Shown piece after piece: positions 49,901-63,191 of a DNA stretch of 64,000 nucleotides (the first letter of the stretch is position 1; the number at the start of each line of letters is the position of its first letter). This DNA comes from Azolla caroliniana (taxonomy: Eukaryota; Plantae; Polypodiophyta), in assembly GCA_043228905.1 (NCBI GenBank), contig JBHGNT010000018.1, positions 9,734,001 through 9,798,000 on the forward strand, in the 5' to 3' direction. Below the pieces are notes generated by a model, which searched no databases, was not told the origin of the DNA, and worked only from the letters and a program-made list of their open reading frames with translations. A program made the translations under genes and the position numbers.

Positions 49901-50477
49901 AACCCGCCCCCACCGATCTTGAGCTCCCGGAGCGTCCCGTCGGTGAAGGTGTGTCCTATGCAGGCCGGATCTCGTAAACTGGGGTCCGACGCAATCCCTC
50001 TTATTCGGGACTTGCTGCCCTCCGGTAAGGGTGTCGCGACCGGCCTTACCTTCCGGTCCACAATCTTGTACTTCGTGCTAACTCGGGCCGTCCGATCCGA
50101 CCCGAGCCCCGACTGAAGTTCGCGATGACTTCGTACATCTCTTCGGAACATACCGGTATCATTCGGTCTTCGTTAAGGTCTTCTCCGGCTACCTTCCTCA
50201 GCATTCCCAAGGTGTCGTCGAAGGAGACCGCCTCCATGGCTCCGTTGATTTCCTCGTTCGGGCCGAGAACTCCGCACGCTCAAAGTCGCACTTCCGCCCT
50301 TGCCTTTTCTCGGCCAACGATGCCGACTAACATACACCCTCCGTCGCCGGAGAAGTAAAATCCCTTTCTTATTGTACAGGGTTTCTTCGGTTTCGGTTCT
50401 ATCGTACAGCTGTGGGGTCTTTCCCGAGTGTCCGGACTGCCTTGACCCCACGCCTTGGCAGCCCTCTCTAAAAATCC
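46975..50477 (-). pseudogene. G' pol ORF2 (RT-RH-INT), three stops and one frameshift
   Basis: ORFs 50280..50618, 50046..50237, 48220..50151, 47527..48180 and 46975..47499 are colinear with G pol. Confidence 0.92.
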
Positions 50478-52594
50478 TCTCGGTTCTCGCCACCGAGGGA
50501 TTCGTGGTTTCGCTCGTGGTTCAGCCGCACCGTCAGAAATTGGACCGAATGGCGCCCGTCCTGGCTTTTGACCCTCGCGTAGGCCGAACCGTTGTTCAGC
50601 ACCTTGGTCTCCATTCACGCCGCCGTGATGTATGGTTCCCCTAATATGACCGGGTGCGAGGACGTCTCCTGTACGAAGAAGTGCTGGTCAATCTTGACGT
50701 CGCCGATCTTGACTCGCACGTTCGGGCAGGCCCCGTGCAGTTCCTCGGTGGTGCGCGTCGCCGCCCGTATCTTCCACCCGTGCTTGGTGTTGATCGGCCA
50801 CTTCCCCTTCTTATAGAAGTCCATGGACATCAGGTTTATTTCCGAACCGTGGTCCACCAGTGCCACCACCGGTTCCTGAACCTCTCCGATCTTTACCGGG
50901 GTCTCCGTGGTCGCTCGGGCCCAGTGCGGCCTCAAATAGTGGCTCTCCGCCCACTCGTCTTCCATCGCCATGTCGTCGATGTGCGTCATCCGCACCTCCA
51001 CCGGTCTTTCCGGTTCCGTCTCCGTCGACAGCCTCTTCCGTTTCACCAGTTCCACAATGGAGTCGTGGAATTCCTTCTTGGCAATCCCTAGCACCTCTCG
51101 CAATGAAAGCTCCACTTTGCTGTCGAGGATCCGTTCCTCTAGGACCTTCCGTAGGTCCGTAGGCCTTTCTATTTCCGTCCCCAGTCGGTATCCGCCCTTC
51201 CTGGGGTTATCTTGCGAGCTGGACCCGCCGGCATCGTTCCGTCGTTGCCCGAATCGGGTCTCGTACCGTTGTGAAGGCCCGGCCGCTCCGGCTTTCCCCA
51301 CTCGTTTGTCTTCTACCAGAGCCTCGTAGTTCTGGCAGGCGGCTTCTACGAAGCCCGTCTTCTCCTCGACCGGATCGCTCCACCCGGTTATTTCCCGGAC
51401 CCGTCTCTCAGCGCGGTCCGCTTCATCTTTCTTCAGCCGTGCGCCGGCAAGACCTTCCAGCATTGCCGACCAAAATCCATCTTTGCCCTCCTTTCGGGCC
51501 TCGCTGCCCCCGACCCGAATGCCGGCCGACGCCGAGTAGTGGATGGCCTCCACGTGTCGGGCCGCTGCCTCTTCCATCAGTCTCTTCATACCTCCTCGCC
51601 CATCGTTTCGGTTTAGGGCCCTTCTGGTATCGCCGGCATGCACCCGGCCTTCCCACAGGTACACCACCCAGTTCCTCAACGCCTCCGCGAAATCGCCGCA
51701 GTCCTTCCGAATGTGGCCGACCTCGTCGCACCACATGCACCTGTTCCACGCTGCCGGCCGTCGGTCACGAGCCGGTTCGCCGCCTTCCCTTCGAGTGTGG
51801 GCGATCTGGAGATCCTTTATCGCCCGCGTCAACTCCTCCAGCGCTGCTCCTCCGGACGAGCCATTGACCATGCCGGTCGAAGCCGGACCGGTTTCGAGCC
51901 ATTCCCGGGTTTCTTCCCTTCGCACTTGCGGTGCAGGTTCAAGCCTCCTTGCTGTAACAGAGCCCGCACCGGCCGCCCCGTTGTCAGCCCATTCTCGCCG
52001 TTTGTCGAAACGGCCACAGACTCTCTTAACCGCAGCCCAGTCGGTTGTCAGCCCGTCTTCGGTTTCCAGCAAGGAGCCGACTTGATCCCGGTCCCGCTCG
52101 TCCACCGACTTGACGAACAGTAGGACCCGGCTCGTATCCAGAACGGTTCGGTCAAGCGCCGAAAGGCGCGCAAAGCGTTCTTCGAACTCCCGGAGGAGTG
52201 CCGACGCGTTTCTTCCCTTGCCAGGGGACTCCACCCATTCCATGAAGTCTCGTTTCGAAAGCCGGAGCGCGTCGTCCAACCCGTATTTTTCCAGGAGTCG
52301 GCCTTCGAACTCCTCCCAGGTACGGCTCTCCACCCGCACCTCGTGCACCTCCGCATGGATGCTCGACATCGCCACTTGAGGAAACCCGGCAAGACGCCTC
52401 TCTTCCGAAATATCCTGCATCAGCATTTCTGCCCCGTAGGACGCCAAATACTTCGTGGCATCCTTTCCGCTGAACCGGCCGATCGTACCGACGACCGCCT
52501 CAATGGCTCTGTCGAGGGCGCCGGAGCCCTCGCGTGCGCTCAATATCCGATCCACGGCCGAAGCCATGGCCTCCGCAAGATCCGACCCTTTCAT
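50468..52594 (-). pseudogene. G' ORF1 gag-protease (one in-frame TGA at 50615-50617)
   Basis: 668-aa ORF 50615..52621 with zinc knuckle CMWCDEVGHIRKDC and VDHGSE protease. Confidence 0.92.
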
Positions 52595-53272
52595 CTTCTG
52601 CTCTTTTGCCGTCTCCTTCACGTCGGGTTCACCAAGATGTCGAGGTTTTCCTCGACGATGCGTGGAATGAGGCGGAACCTCGGGGGTCCTGTACCAAAGA
52701 GCAAGAGAGGAAGGAGAAGAGACCCTCTACGTGCGAGCGTAGATCCACAGGGACACGGCCCTTCGACGCAAAGACGCAAGTGGGACAGCGACACAGAAAG
52801 ACACGAATGTATGTATGTATTAACAAAGACAAACAACAAGAACACGAAGACAACAAACCCACGAAGTCGGTTACAACCGAACAGGCCGGCGAACAGATGC
52901 CCATGCCTGTTCGTAAACGCACAGAAAGACAGGAGCAGGTTGGAGGTGCTGCCGGAAGCACTCGGGCATTCCTCAGAGCAACGCGAGCCTCCCGAAACCT
53001 GCACAGAAGGGAGCTATGGAGTTTGCGAACCAGAGAGAGAGAGAAAAGCCTTCGCACGCAAACCGACAGCACTTCGTCCTCGACTCTCCGCGATCCCCTT
53101 TCTGTTCTCGTCTCCCTCCTTTTTATAGGGAAGGAAGGAGCCGTTTCCCCTTTACTTCCTACCCACTAAATCTACCCGCCTAGGATCTTCTATGGACAAC
53201 ATTCGAGAAGAGCCGGTTCCTACGCTCCTGTGCACCGATTCCGCTTGTGGACGGTTTTCTTCACGACACCGT

Positions 53273-55504
53273 GTCGGCATAACAATCTTGTCCTTATTAC
53301 CGCTAACATACCGGAGTATCCGGTGCGCGCATTGAAGATGCTCCACGGTTGGCTTATGCATAAACTAACTGATCACTCCGACTGGATAGCTGATGTCGGG
53401 TCGTGTGATAGTGAGATATATCAAGCTTCCGACGATTTTTCGGAACCGTGTCTTATTGCAGTTGGCTCCGGAGTTGGGATGAAGCTTTAGGTTCAGGTCC
53501 AGGGGTGTGGAGATTGGTCGGCAATCCGGTGCGTGCACTGAAGGTGCTCCACAGTCGGCTTATGCATAAACTGACTGATTACTCCGACCGGATAGCTGAT
53601 GTCAGGTCGTGTGATAGTGAGATATATCAAGCTTCCGACGATTTTTCGGAACCGTGTCTTATTGCAGGTTGCTCCGGAGTTGGGACGAAGCTTTAGGTTC
53701 AGGTCCAGGGGTGTGGAGATTGGTAAGCAATCCTTCATGCCGAACTTGTACAACATATTCAACACATAATGTCGTTGTGAGAGCAATATGCCGTTGGGGG
53801 TATGGATCACCTCGATCTCGAGAACATTTCAAATGCGTTCGACAACTAGGACTTCACTCGACCGATTTCATTGAGCCCGAGTCTGGTGATCACTAGATCA
53901 TCTACATATAGAAGAATACATAGCGGACCATCCGGACCTTTCCCGATGAACAGTGAAGAGTCGGATTTTGAGATTGCAAACCCCATCTTATGCAACCGGT
54001 GTGTGATTTTCGCATTCCAAGCTCGGGGGGCTTGCATTAGACTATAAAACAACTACTTGAGTCGGCGCATTGCCGACTTGTTCATTTATGACTGAAATCC
54101 ATGGGCTTGGATCATATAGACCTGTTCGTCAAGATCACCTTGAGGAAACACATTCTTCACATCCATTTGGTGAAGATGCCACCCCCTTGCCGCAGCGACC
54201 ATGAGCACCGCATAGACCGTTGTCATCTTCTCTACCAGAGCGAAGTTCTTCTTGTAGTCAATTCCGTGGGTCTGCGCTTATCCCTTCACCACTAACCAGG
54301 CCTTGTACCGGTTGATTGAACCGTCAACATTATACTTGACTTTGTACACCCACTTGCAACCGATCGGTTTGCAATGTCGGGGAGGGTCAACTAGGTCCCA
54401 TGTGTCATTGGCATTTAGTGCCCGCATTTCTTCCTCCATTGCGGCAGACCAATTCACGTTTTTTGCTGCTTCTACGTAGCTCTTCGGCTCACGCACTTCT
54501 GCCACTTTTGTCATGTACACATAGTGATGCGCCATGTACTCATTTTACCCGTACTGTTTTATAGGGTTCTTCTGGCGGGTAGATCGACGTAACTTCTTGT
54601 TAGCTGATTTGAGGGTCCTCTTGGTTGGCTTGGACGTTGTTTTTGAAGGTTCATCCTCGTTCTTTCCAGAGTAGGATTCACTCTGATCTGACTCATCTCT
54701 GCCTGTGTCGTACTCCGACATCTTCTTCTTCGCCTTTTCCTTGCATGTGAACCATCTCCTTGGTTCCTTACGCGGTGAGAGCATGGTTGAGTCTTCGCCG
54801 CTAGCCGGCTCTTCATCTGATTGATCGTGCCGACTCAGTCGCTCATTCGGCCCACTTAGCCGGAATGAGAACGGACTCTCTTTCATAGTACCAAGGTCTT
54901 CCTCATCTTCTACCTGGATCGATTCGGGCTCGCTAGCCTTATCTTTCGAAATCGGGTCGAAGTCAGGAGTTGGAGTCGGTAGAGAGTACCATGATGCCGA
55001 ATCATTGAACTCAACATCTTGGCTTACGTGGACTATCTTTGTCTAGGGGTTATAGCACTTATACCCCTTCTGCTCATGAGAGTAGCCGACTAGTATGCAT
55101 TTCTCTGACTTTGGGTCTAGCTTCCTCCGTTTCTCATCTAGGACATGCACATAGGTTATGCTACCGAATATCCTAAGGTGCCTCAAGTTCGGCTTCTGCC
55201 CGAAATACAACTCGTGTGCTGACACCTTATCCCCAATCCAGTTTTGGATGTAGATTGCCGTTCCAACCGCCTTAGCCCAGTAGAACTTGGGCATGCTCCT
55301 CTCCTCCAACATTGCCCTTGCCGCGTCAACAATCGACCGATTCTTCCTTTCAGCTACACCGTTTTGTTCTGGTGTGAATCGGCACTTGAATTTTCTTCGA
55401 ATTCCTTTATGTTGCAAATAACTGTTGAATTGGCCAGAAAAATATTCTTTTCTACCATCCGACCACAAGCACTTGATCTTCCTTTCCATTTCCTGTTTAA
55501 CTAA
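53273..55504 (-). pseudogene. B' integrase core to RT (decayed; 206-bp tandem duplication at 53318-53729)
   Basis: KCLWSDGRKEY, PEQNGVAERKN, KPIGCKWVYK, LYVDD, SQRHYVLNML. Confidence 0.9.
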
Positions 55505-55509
55505 ACTTT

Positions 55510-58500
55510 TGTTAGGAAACAGGTCCCTCCAGATGGGAAGTGAGAAGAACAATGTTGATGAGCAACTCGGCCGAGGCCGGATCCGGATGTGGAGTACCCG
55601 GAAACGGAAGACCCGGTGAGAACCGGATGTAGAGTACCCGGCAACGGAAGACCCGGTGAGAACCGGATGTGAAATACTCGACAACGGAAGACCCGGTGAG
55701 AACCGGATGACGAGTACCCCACAAGGAAGACCCGGTGAGAACTGGATGCTGCAGGCCCGGTGAGAACCTCTCATCGGATGGAAGGGACATATATGTAAAT
55801 ATGTTCCAGAGAGCCCACTGGGGCTATATTTGTAAATAGCCCGAAAGTCATATTAGTATAAATATGACCTAGGGCAAACTTAATGATAGAGAGTTGGTTG
55901 TATTATTATCGTTGTGGCGATAATTCAGAGCGTAACCGCGTACAGAGAAGAGAGACAAAGAAGAAGAGGTTGTTGCCTCTGTTGTAACCGCCTAGTGGCG
56001 AAACGAGGGAGCAAGAGGTCATTGCCTCTATGCCCCATTGTTGTAATCTTGATATAGTGATATTTTGCAGTCTGAGGGCTATCGTGGTTTTGTTTCCCAG
56101 ATTTGGGTTTTCCACGTTAACATCCAATGCACTCTCTTCTTCACTGTTTCGTGTGAGATACATCTCTCCACATCCCTGTTTTTCTGTGCTTGATTCGACG
56201 TCTCGGTTGTGGCCGAGCATAGCTAAGGAAACCGTATTCCTTTCAAACTGGTATCAGAGCGAAACGACACACGAAAAATGGACGATTCATTAGGAGGCAT
56301 GTTCAAGCTCACTGGCTCCAACTATTCAGTGTGGAAGTCGAAGATGAGGGACATGCTCGTGGTTAAAGATATTTGGTTGCCGGTTCAGTTCGGGGACAAG
56401 AGACCGGACAAAATCGATGCCACAATATTGGAGGTGATGCACATGAAGACAACGGCGTACATACGGTGCTTCATCGACATGATTCTATACAACAACTTCA
56501 ATGAAGAGAGCAAGGCTCATGAGCTTTGGGAGAAGATTGACATTATGTTTCAGAACAAAAATGTTGTTAATCAGGTTTCGGTATTATGGAAGCTAGTAAG
56601 ACTCGGGTACCAAGATGGCTCCAGCATGGCGGAGCACATGAATGCCTTCCAGGGGCTGATACACCAGGCAACATCATTAGAAGTACCTCTCGCTGATGAG
56701 GTACTAACACTACTACTCGGTTCCCTCCCAGATAGTTGGGAGACGTTGGTTGTCACTTTGGGCAACGCCGGGCCGGAAGGGAAACGGTTATTCCTAGCAA
56801 GAGTGAAGTCAAGCTTGCTAGATGAGGAGGCGCGTCAGAGAGATGAGGATACGTGCTCCAACTCCAAAGCGCTCATTACCGAATCAGAACACGGAAGGAA
56901 AAGGAACCGTAGTCCCCAGAACCGGGAGAAGTCGGGGACACGGTCAAAGTCAAGGGGGAGGCCTACCTGCTTCGATTGCGGCAAGCCGTGACACTTCCAG
57001 AAGAGCTATCGGCACTTTCGAAAAGAGAAGGAAACCGACGGTACCGATTCGAAGCGGACACCGGACCGGAATGGTAAAGACCGGAGGGAAACGGACCGGA
57101 AGGGAACGACGGAAATAGTAGAAAGTGAAGAAGAGTTGATGCTCATCACCGAGGAGAGTGAGTTGAACCTTGCCGGCGACGAGACAACGTGGGTTGTTGA
57201 TTCTGGAGCATCGTCCCACCTTACACCAGACCGTAAATACTTCTCATCCTACACAGCCGGTGATCACGGTTGTGTCCATATGGAGAATGAAGGTACATGC
57301 CGAATTATCGGCATAGGAGACGTATGACTGACAACACCAACCGGATGCAAGCTGCTGCTGAAGAATGTTCGACACGTTCCAGAGGTTCGACTGAACCTTA
57401 TATCAGCCGGTCGGCTAAATGATGAAGGCTACACGGGTAGCATCCGGAATGGAGTCATGAAATTCAGCAAAGGGAGCCTGATAGTGGCTCGGGCCCGGAA
57501 GGTCAACACTCTGTACCTGATGAATGCCCGGTTATGCCCGGAAGAAGTGAACGTGGCTTCTGACATTGCCGGTGAGGTATGGCACAAGAGACTGTGTCAC
57601 ATGAGCATGAAGGGGATGAAGAGGCTTGCTGATGACAACCTCATTCCGGTGAAGAACGTGCATCTTGAGAGGTGCACCAACTGCCTAGCCGGTAAGCAAA
57701 ACCGGACCTCCTTCCAATCAAGGCCACCGATGAGACGTAATGCACCATTGGAGTTGGTGCATATTGATGTGTGTCAAGTGGACACAAAGTCACATGCCGG
57801 ATCGCAATACTTCCTGACGTTCATAGATGACCACAATCGGAAGCTGTGGGCCACACCGTTGAAGACGAAGGATCAGGTGCTATCCGTCTTCAAAGAGCTC
57901 CACGCGAGACTGGAAAGAGAAACAGGCTAGAAGCTGAAGGCTGTTCGAGCAAATAATGGAGGAGAATACCGAGGGCAGTTCGAGGAGTACTGCCGCTCGA
58001 AGGGAATCCGGCTCGAATTTACCTTGCCGAAGACGCTGGAACTAAACGGGTTGGCCGAGAAGATGAACCGGACCATAATGGAGACGTTCCGGAGTACGCC
58101 GGTGCATGCAAAATTACCCAAGACGTTTTGGGCTGAGGCACTGTCGACGGCAACATACGTGATAAATAGATCACCCTCAGTACCCTTGGACGGAGACACG
58201 CCGCAGAGAGTATGGACCGGTAAGGAAGTGTCCTACCGGCATCTGAAGGTGTTCGAGTGTCTCGTGTACGTGCATGTAGCTAAGGACCGGAGAGGAAAGT
58301 TGGATCCAAAGACCCAGCCATGCATATTCCTCGGTTATGGCGACGATGAGTTCCGCTATCGAGTGTGGGACCTGGCCGACAAGAAGGTATTCCGGAGTCG
58401 AGATATTATCTTCATGGAAGACAAGACGCTCACCGACTGGGAGTCGGAGAAGAAGATAATGAACTCCGAGTCGACCGGTAAGGATCGATTCTACGATGAG

Positions 58501-60985
58501 CAGACCAAACCGGCAAGAGACCGGTTAGCACTCAATGAACCGGCCGGTGACTGTAAGGAGACAAAGCAGGCCGAAGAAGAAGGAATAGGTGAAACCGGAA
58601 TTGGCCAAGACCCTGAATCGGATTCGGATGAAGAACAAATAGAGGAGCCGGTTGCCGAAAGCCAAAGACGGAGATATCCTCTTAGAGAGAGAAGGGCCCC
58701 CTAGAGATTTCCAGATGCAGAGCATATGCTGCTAACCGATGAGGGGGAGCCTGGAAGCTTCGAGGAAGCTAAAAGTGACGCCCATAGCCACAAATGGTTA
58801 AGTGCCATGCATGATGAGATGGATTCCCTGCATGAGAACCATACGTACGAATTGGTAGAGTTGCAGAAAGGAAAGTGGGCACTCCGAAACAAGTGGGTGT
58901 ACAAGTTGAAACCGGGAGATGCCGACAACCCCCCGAGATACAAAGCCAGGATCGTGGTGAAGGGGTTCCAGCAGAAGAAGGGCGTGGACTTGGACGAGAT
59001 ATTTGCCCCGGTAGTAAAGATGACTTCCATCCGGACGGTGCTTAGCACAGCGGCAAGCATGGACCTCGAGGTAGAGCCGCTGGACGTGAAGACGACATTC
59101 CTTCATGGTGACCTCGAAGAAGAGATCTACATGCAGCAACCGGACGGATTCGTGAAGAAAGGGAAGGAGTACCTGGTTTGCCGATTGAAGAAGAGCCTAT
59201 ACGGATTGAAGCAGGCTCCCCGACAATGGTACCAGAAGTTCGACTCCTTCATGAACGATCAAGGGTACCACAAGACGTAGGCCGATCACTGCGTGTTTGT
59301 GAAGAAGTTCGAAGGAGGCAACTTCCTGATACTCCTCCTGTACGTGGACGACATGTTGATCGTCGAACAGGACCAAGCCAAAATACGGATGTTGAAGAAG
59401 GCTCTCAACCGAACTTTCTCAATGAAAGAATTGGGCCCGACAAGACAAATACTGGGGATGCACATCATCCGGGACCGGTCAAAGAAGCAATTGTGGTTGT
59501 CACAGGAGAAATACGTGACAAAGGTGGTTCAGCGGTTCAACATGTTAGAAGCGAAACCGGTCGTATCGACACTCCCGGCCAACTGCAGATTATATAGTAA
59601 GCAAAGCCCGAAGACGAAAGCAGAGAAGGCAGATATGATGAAGGTTCCATATGCTTCTGCCGTCGGGAGCTTAATGTATGCAATGGTGTGTACTCGACCG
59701 GATATTGGATACGCAGTCGGAGTGGTGAGCCGGTTTATGAGCAATCTCGGCAAGGAGCACTGGAACGCGGTCAAATGGATACTCCGGTACTTGAAGGGCA
59801 CTTCGAATATGTGTCTCCAATTCGGCTTCGGTAAACCTCAACTTGACAGTTTTACCGATTCGGACATGTCGGCTGATGTGGATACTAGCCGGTCTACATT
59901 CGGGTATGTAATGACATATGCAGTGGGAGCTGTTTCGTGGTAGTCGAGGCTGCAGAAGACGGTTGCGTTGTCAACCACGGAGGCGGAGTACATGGCGGTT
60001 GTGGAAGCCGACAAGGAAATATTATGGATGAAGGACTTCATCGGAGAGCTCGGTATCCGGCATGATGAATACTGGCTCTATTGTGACAGTCAAAGTACCA
60101 TCCACCTTGCTAAGAACGCAACGTACCATTCCAGGACGAAGCACATCCAACGTAGGTATCACTGGATCCGGAAGTGAGTAGAAGATCGAGAGTTCGTGCT
60201 GACGAAGATCCACACGGCCGAGAACGGGTCAGATATGTTGACCAAAGTACTGATACCCGACAAGTTGGATGCATGTCGGAAGCGGATCGAACTAGTAAGA
60301 CATCCCATGCCGGAGTGAAGGGGGAGTTTGTTAGGAAACACGTCCCTCCGGATGGGAAGTGAGAAGAACAATGTTGATGACCAACTCGGCCGAGGCCGGA
60401 TCTGGATGTGGAGTACCCAGCAACGGAAGACCCGGTGAGAACCGGATGACGAGTACCCGACAAGGAAGACCCGGTGAGAACCGGATGTTGCAGGCCTGGT
60501 GAGAACCTCTCATTGGATGGAAGGGACATATATGTAAATATGATCCAGAGAGCCCACTGGGGTTATATTTGTAAATAGCCCGAAAGTCATATTAGTATAA
60601 ATATGACCTAGGGAAAACTTAATGATAGAGAGTTGGTTGTATTATTATCGTTGTGGCGATAATTCAGAGCGTGACCGCGTACAGAGAAGAGAGACAGAGA
60701 AGAAGAGGTTGTTGCCTCTGTTGTAACCGCCTGGTGGCGAAACGAGGGAGCAAGAGGTCGTTGCCTCTGTGCCCCATTGTTGTAATCTTGATATAGTGAT
60801 ATTTTGCAGTCTGAGGGCTGTTGTGGTTTTTTTTCCTAGATTTGGGTTTTCCACGTTAACATCCAGTGCACTCTCTTCTTCACTGTTTCGTGTGTAGATA
60901 CATCTCTCCACATCCCTGTTTTTCTGTGCTTGATCCGACGTCTCGGTTGTGGCCGAGCATAACTAAGGAAACTGTATTCCTTTCA
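55510..60985 (+). mobile_element. Full-length Copia A' (pol closely related to A, different Gag), inserted antisense in the integrase of B'
   Basis: LTRs 55510-56245 and 60329-60985; TSD ACTTT at 55505-55509 and 60986-60990; PBS TGGTATCAGAGC at 56249-56260; PPT GAGTGAAGGGGGAG. Confidence 0.95.
56278..60318 (+). pseudogene. A' gag-pol, several in-frame stops
   Basis: Same-frame ORFs starting 56278, 57136, 57457, 58024, 58726, 59293 and 59968 are colinear with the A polyprotein. Confidence 0.92.
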
Positions 60986-60990
60986 ACTTT

Positions 60991-61731
60991 CAAGTTCCGA
61001 AAACAATCGAAAACTTCACTTTTCTTTTCGATCAGGTAGATCCATGTGTGCCGGCTGTAGTCATCGATGAAGGAGACGAAATATCGATTCCCGCCAAGAC
61101 TAACATTTTGTCCCGGTCCCCCCCCATACATCCGAATGGATTAAGTCAATCTTGTTACGGCTTCGGTTTCTTTCGGTGGGCAATGGAAGCCGGTGTTGCT
61201 TCCCAAGATGCCAAGCTTCACATATTTGGGCCTTCCGGCCACTGAATTTCGGCAATCCGAAAACAACTTGTTTCGATTGCAGGTCTTGAAGCCTCCGGTA
61301 GTTGACGTGGCCGATCTGCTTGTGCTAGGGATCGATGTCTGATTCGATGTTTTGTCCTTTGGCAAACAAGGCGGTGCCTACGTCATTGGTGTCGAGGATA
61401 AATGTTGAGCGAGCAAGCTCAACCAGATCCGGATCGGCTGAATAATCCAGAACCAGATCGGTATCCGGAACGGAGAACGAGATCGATGTCCGGATGATAT
61501 CCGGAACTAGGAACTAGATCGGATTGAAACCGGTAGGCCGTTAGAGGTCTACAGATCCAGCCTAGTACGTAGGCATATTTTTGGGAGTCAGTGATAGTCG
61601 CTCATGTGAGCATTGAAGTACCTGTCAGTACTTTTGTCAGTCCTTTGTGGACTTGTATAAAAGTGCTCTCTGAGCACATTCTATGTACATAGAATATTGA
61701 GATTATTATTTTGAATAGAGTTTTATGTTCT

Positions 61732-61766
<35 letters not shown>

Positions 61767-63105
61767 TATGCTTATTCTCTGTGTTAAGCTTCCATTGAAC
61801 TTTTCTCTCTACTGTTGCTATCAGATACAGCCGGTTTGTGATACGCTTCCATGCGCTAACTTTCACAATAAACATCCTCCTGTCCCGACGCCCTTGCACA
61901 ATTATATAGCCCTCTTCCTCAATGAAGCACCCGAGATGCATAAACCGCACCTACATCCCTTAGTCGATGATCTGCCTGACCGACACCAGGTTCTTTGTGA
62001 TTGTCGGAACATATAGTATATTCATTAGGTTTCCATTTTTTCTGACATGGCTTAACGGAACTTCTCCGACATGCACAATCGGGTGAGGAGTGTCGTCTCC
62101 AGTTTCGACAACTCCCGGTTGCTCCACCTTTTCTAGAAACGAGAACCACTCTTCGTGGCTCGTCATGTGGTTAGATGCTCTGGAGTCAATATACCATACT
62201 TCCTCCAATCTAGAAGTGGTCGTCTTCATTGAGTTCGCCTTGTGCTTCATCACGAAGGCTAGCCCTTGTCCAGTCTTTCCGATTTCGGATCCTTCCGATC
62301 CTGCCAGTTCCCTTGTCCAGCCTTGCCGGATTCGGATTTTTCCAAATCGGCGCGTTTCTTCCAGCACTCGCTTTTTCGGTGGCCTTTCTTGCCACAATAC
62401 CAACATTCCGTATCGGCTTTTGATTGCCGGTTTCTGGCATCATTTTGACTCCCCCTGCTTGTGGAGGGTCCAAAACTGCTATCAGCATTATCTCTGTGCC
62501 TCCGATTCTGCTCTTGCCAACCGTCGCTATTGCGTGCCAACCCACCTCGACCTCCATGCCCATGGGGTCGATCCGCCTTCGTGTACAACATTTGGTTGTC
62601 TGATTGAGTGGTCCTTGACCCACTTTCATGGTTTTCTTTGACCATAAGCATCAATTGCAGGTCGAAGGACGATGGTTTCTCCCGGGTGCAAATTGCCGTC
62701 TGGATTGGCCCGTACTAGTGTGCTAGACCACCGAGGTAGATCTGGACCATCTTGTCCTCGTCCACCATTGGACCTGAGCACGTTGTAGATCTCCTTGATA
62801 CTTCTGAGCCCTGGTACTTGCGGGGAAAATCTTCCGAAGATTTTCCCAGGCCTCCTTTGGTGATTTTGCATCTTTGATGTAGCCAAGCATCTGGTCGTGC
62901 ACACAGGACGCGAGGCAGTACAACACTCTACTCACTCATTGCTCCCATACCGAGAAGTCCTTGGGTGTCGAATTTGGCGTTGCTTCATTCACTCCTTCCA
63001 TGTAGCTCCAGTAGGTATTGGTGCATTTTATACGACCATGACGCATAGTTGCTCCGATTGAGCTTTTCTGTTGGAAGTGAGTTCACCATGCTTCTGTCCA
63101 TACAT
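60991..63105 (-). pseudogene. B' gag, protease, GAG-pre-integrase and integrase start (split by solo LTR)
   Basis: EKLNRSNYASW gag; CWYCGKKGHRKSEC knuckle; WYIDSRASNHMT; YFVSFIDDYSRHTWIYLIEKKSEVF. Confidence 0.87.
61403..61867 (+). mobile_element. Solo LTR of the B family, inserted antisense into B'
   Basis: TGTTGAG...TTTCACA; TSD ATAAA at 61398-61402 and 61868-61872; homologous to 15937-16323. Confidence 0.92.
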
Positions 63106-63191
63106 TCCTTCCTGTTCTTTACCAGCTGTTAGGGTTTGTCTGTGAGCGACATTCGTCGGCAGCAAAGGATTCTAAACCCTCACTCATACCA

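Larger units (their letters stand above)
46273..53268 (-). mobile_element. Full-length Gypsy G' (same family as G), inserted at the RT/RNase H junction of B'
   Basis: LTRs 46273-46901 and 52638-53268 differ by about 1 substitution plus a 2-nt (GA) indel; 4-bp TSD CCGT at 46269-46272 and 53269-53272; tRNA-Trp PBS at 52617-52634. Confidence 0.95.
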
